From Octopus sinensis (Eukaryota), in assembly GCF_006345805.1 (NCBI RefSeq), contig NC_042997.1, forward strand, positions 61,194,001 through 61,258,000: 64,000 nucleotides of DNA. The letters are read 5' to 3'. Both the position numbers and the translations under genes were made by a program. Below are positions 60,076-64,000 of the stretch, in pieces; within the stretch, counting starts at the first letter, position 1, and every line of letters begins with the position of its first letter. The notes beneath the pieces are model-generated. The model made no database searches and was not told the DNA's origin. It worked only from the letters and a program-made list of their open reading frames with translations.

Positions 60076-62024
60076 ACAAAATACCATCTCATTTCTTCCT
60101 GGTCACAGATCTTAGGTTCAAATCTGTAGTTGTTTCATTGTATTTGAAGTACACTTAGTGTTGGTAACAGGAAATATTATCTGAGATAGACTAGCATACA
60201 AGGAAGATTTATCCTTTTTCTGTATGATATTATGAAGCTTCATCTTACCAGTAATCTTTAAGAACACCCCATGTGACTGCTAGAAATCTTTAAATCATAT
60301 TTTACAGTTTATTGCATAGTAAGCATTTTCTATAGAGCTGAAATCTGGACTATGACAAAAGTTTCAATATCATGATGTGAGACTTCAAAATATCTCATGA
60401 CATGAACAATAGACTAAAGAGGAAAGTTATGGATACATTCTACTCTTCTGTATTATTAGTGCTCAACAAAAGGTAGGCTTTACTAGCCAGTGGTATTGTG
60501 CTGAGCATCAGGCCATATCAGATGTATTTCAGAGACTCCTACACGATAATAGAGGATGGAGACCACTCAAGTGCTTTTATGTTATAGGCAGAGACAAGCA
60601 AAAATTAAAATGAGGATCCACCAAAGCTTGTAAGGGACAGGATTCTTGGTACAACCTGGGGAATTGCATCTTAGTTGCAACCACTTGAAGAATGTTACAT
60701 TCGATTCTTGCTTGAATGTGAACATGAGAAGAAAGTTTATCAAGTTGCCCAAGAGGAACTTGTGAAGATAAATGTAATATTTTTGTTTTATATAATAAAA
60801 TATATCTAATGAAAAAAATTTAAAAAGGAAACACAGCCTCTAAGCAAGTAAATAATTGGAATTAGTTAATTATTCTGTTGGTGCCTTGAAGTCCATACCA
60901 TTCCCAACTCCTAACATGTAATCAAAATTGGAACATACCTTGAGATTTTACAAAATTAGATGCAGTGCTGTAGAATTGATTTTCATGTAAAAAAGGAAAA
61001 CAGCATAGTATGAAAACAAAATAATATCTCATTACTTCTATGCATTTTAGATGTATTTCTACATGAAACTCTTTCTTTTCTTTTATATATATTTACATTC
61101 TTTCATTCTGTTTTATATATTTTTTATTGTTGTTTTTTAGAGCATTTGTATGCAAAGCAACCCTGTTATTAATAAAGAATTTGCATACTATATCTGGAGT
61201 TTATAAAATAGTATCTTTACTATTTTAAGTTTGATGCCAATTAGCTACAAATGTGTGGTCTTTCGCTTTGTAATGATTAATTGGAATAGTTCGTACTGTT
61301 CATTTGCAATTGGCTCCTGCATTAGGATAGACATGGAAACTACAAACTTTAACTGCAATTAGGGGATTCCTGGAGCTGATTAAACAATCTACATGCCCAG
61401 TATGTGATCTGAAACAAATTCGAATACCTGTTGTTTAGTGACAGAACAGTGTTAATTATAATTAGCTTGGTGAAAATATATCACTCAAGAGAAAATGCAG
61501 TTTTTCAAATTTTCTGCATTGATTTGATTTCATTTAAATTGTAAATTTAGATGGTTAGTTGTTGATGTTGGAGAAAATATTGGGAAAAAAAATTGACTTT
61601 TCCATTCAATACAGGAAAAGAATCAAATATGAACAAACAATTTAATTTTATGATGCTATTAATGAATTGAAGTTAAGATAATGAGCAAGGAAACACATAA
61701 TAATACATTTTAATGTGTCATATTCAGTAGAAAGACAGTCTCACCATTTCTGGCAAATTTCATGGTAAATCCAACATATATAATTTTATGTTCTATGAAG
61801 GAATTATGCTACTAGGTGTTCTGCATACAAATCACATGCTTAATCCTTAATACTAATAACATTAAATATAGAGATATTTATATTTAAAAGTTGAAATGCT
61901 GAAACATAGAAGCACATGACTATCCTCTGTGATTTGATAATGCTTTTTACATCATCAGAGTTCAAACTAAAGAAAAATAATTGTAAAATATTGTCATATT
62001 CACTAATCTGTCATTAATTTTGAA

Positions 62025-62053
62025 TTGTGTGTGTGTATGTGTGTGTGTGTGAA

Positions 62054-62095
<42 letters not shown>

Positions 62096-62101
62096 TGTGA
62101 A

Positions 62102-62150
<49 letters not shown>

Positions 62151-62165
62151 ATTTGTGTGTGTGTG
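62025..62165. repeat. (TG)n compound microsatellite
   Basis: Direct reading. Confidence 0.95.
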
Positions 62166-62530
62166 TGGTTGTGTGGTTGAGAAGTTTTCTTCCTAACCAC
62201 ATAGTTTCAGTTTCAGTCTTGCTACATGACACCTTGGCCAAGTGTCTTCTACTATAGCTTCTGGCCAATCAAATCCTTGTGAGTGGATTTGATAGACAAA
62301 AACAGTAAGATGCACATCTTATGTGTGTGTGAGAGAGTGAGTGAGAGTCAGTTTGTGTCCCTTTTTCTTTACATTGCATAATGGTTGTAAATAACTTTCA
62401 CTGTCATACAAGCAGTGTTATTCATTTCCATTATTCTGCAAGAACATGTCTGACCATAGGGAAATGTTACCTAGCTTGGATACAAGTGAGGTTTTGTGAC
62501 ACAAATGGCAGCCAGCTGAAGAAAGCTTGT
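62166..62530 (+). mobile_element. SINE with tail B
   Basis: ggttgtgtggttgagaag head, ccttggccaagtgtcttctactatagc body, ggggaaatgttacctagcttgg tail. Confidence 0.75.
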
Positions 62531-62983
62531 CTCTACAGTAAATCTACATCTACATCCATCCTATGCTTGCATATAAACAAACAAGCATTTCTAATATTTA
62601 AATATGTTTCAGTCATTCTGATTCACATTGTGTTGTGCATAAAATATGTATTGTTTAATTAATGGCAAGCCTTCAAAAGCACAAATATGTAAATTAAGTT
62701 ATCCACTATGGCAATAAACTCATTTACAACTGCTTTATATAACGGTTGAATATTTTATGCTGTTGATTAGGGAAGCAAGCTGGATATATCTTTTTTGAGG
62801 TGCATTTAGCAAACTGTGAAGAGGTCTGTCCAGAGATTCTTCCCTCATTTTTTCTGCACATCAAGGCATAGAAAGAATGTTGTTGTATTCTAGATATTTC
62901 TATCACGACTAGGTTTTCTAATATTTTAATTCATTTCAGTCCTTCTGATGCACAGTACTGTGCATAATGTGTGTGTGTGTGTG

Positions 62984-63470
62984 TGTGTATATATGAGAAT
63001 TTTTTGCGTAATAAGATAAAAAACCAAGGCTGTATAGATATTAGAGCATTTATAGATAGGAGGTCTTACAGCTGTTTTTAGGATATTAATTAATAATATC
63101 CCTTCATCGGAGACGTTGTGAGAGGAAAAATTAAGTCATAGTTAGTGTTGATGTGATACAAATAGAGAGTGAGGTGGAGGAAAGAAAATAGATGTAAGAT
63201 ATAAAACGGATTTAAGATATAAAACAGATTTATAAATTCAATACCCATACATATCTTACATTTATTTTCTTTCCTCCACCTCACTCTCTATTTGTATCAC
63301 ATCGAAACTAACTATGACTTAATTTTTCCTCTCACACCGTCTCTGATAAAGGGATATTATTATTAATTAATATTCTAGAAACAGCTGTAAGACCTTCTAT
63401 CTATAAATGCTCTAATATCTATACAGCCTTGGTTTTTTATCTTATAACGCAAAAAAGTCTTATATACACA
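62984..63470. mobile_element. Foldback-type element with ~220-bp TIRs and a 48-bp spacer
   Basis: 62984-63202 versus rc of 63251-63470 (ttttttgcg..ataagataaaaaaccaaggctgtatagatattagagcatttatagatag...gaggtggaggaaagaaaata.atgtaagatat), about 90% identical by eye. Confidence 0.9.
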
Positions 63471-63602
63471 CGCTGACATAGAACCAACGTTGAACCCTTT
63501 ATTCGCAATATTACTGAATCTGGATCTTAACTAAGGTTTGTCTATAGCACTTATTCAGCATTACCTGACACCTTTGGGTCTCAATGACACCATTATCTCT
63601 AA

Positions 63603-63604
<2 letters not shown>

Positions 63605-63650
<46 letters not shown>

Positions 63651-63698
63651 TATAGGGAGAGAGAGAGATATATATAGAGAGAGAAAGAGAGAGAGAGA
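63605..63698. repeat. (TA)n/(GA)n microsatellite
   Basis: Direct reading. Confidence 0.95.
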
Positions 63699-64000
63699 TC
63701 TGTGTACCATACTTAAAGCAGATATATCATTGAAAGTAACCAAGTAACTGGCATTTGTCCTAAGATAGTATCTCTTATACATGTACTGTGTTAAAAACGT
63801 GAAAATATATCAAACACCATACATCTATGAGAGGCACTATTTCAGGAGGAATACCACAGTTAATTAGGCTTTCAATGATGTGTCTACTTTATGTATGATA
63901 CATAGATTACTATTTGAAATTAATACTGCTTCTGTCACACATAAAAAAATACATACAAACACACACAAGCATGCACACATATGTACTGTATAAATGATCT

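Noticed and set aside
61268-61470. TAAT/ATTA-dense segment resembling a homeodomain enhancer
   Set aside because: Only about twofold above expectation for this base composition; conservation data are needed.
1-64000. CRISPR arrays, rRNA genes, prokaryotic operons
   Set aside because: None seen. The repeated units are dispersed eukaryotic SINEs, not constant repeats with unique spacers.

Overview
AT-rich, microsatellite-rich eukaryotic DNA dominated by repeats. The tRNA-derived SINE families match my recollection of Octopus/coleoid cephalopod SINEs (recognition, not a search). No host protein-coding gene could be identified with confidence, only a few weak exon candidates. Most ORFs in the track are microsatellite read-throughs or antisense to transposable elements. 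Recognisable elements: a multiply deleted Tx1/L1-clade LINE, several RTE-like LINE remnants (one with a twin-priming inversion), a Penelope-like element (RT thumb plus GIY-YIG) with an inverted 3' duplication, an R4/Dong-type 3' end sitting in a (TAA)n tract, a full-length but broken Tc1, a deleted mariner, MITEs, a foldback element, and a 1.66-kb non-autonomous Helitron whose ends are confirmed by empty-site reconstruction inside a ~430-bp inverted duplication. The most striking observation is a set of small elements carrying minimal type I hammerhead-ribozyme folds. These include a family whose core reads GUGAACA (G3:C8 swap of the C3-G8 pair), a tRNA-headed SINE-like hammerhead element present as a ~437-bp palindrome, and a 58-bp TSD-flanked retrocopy that begins 1-2 nt after the predicted self-cleavage site. 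All folds and alignments were done by eye, and many boundaries are approximate.
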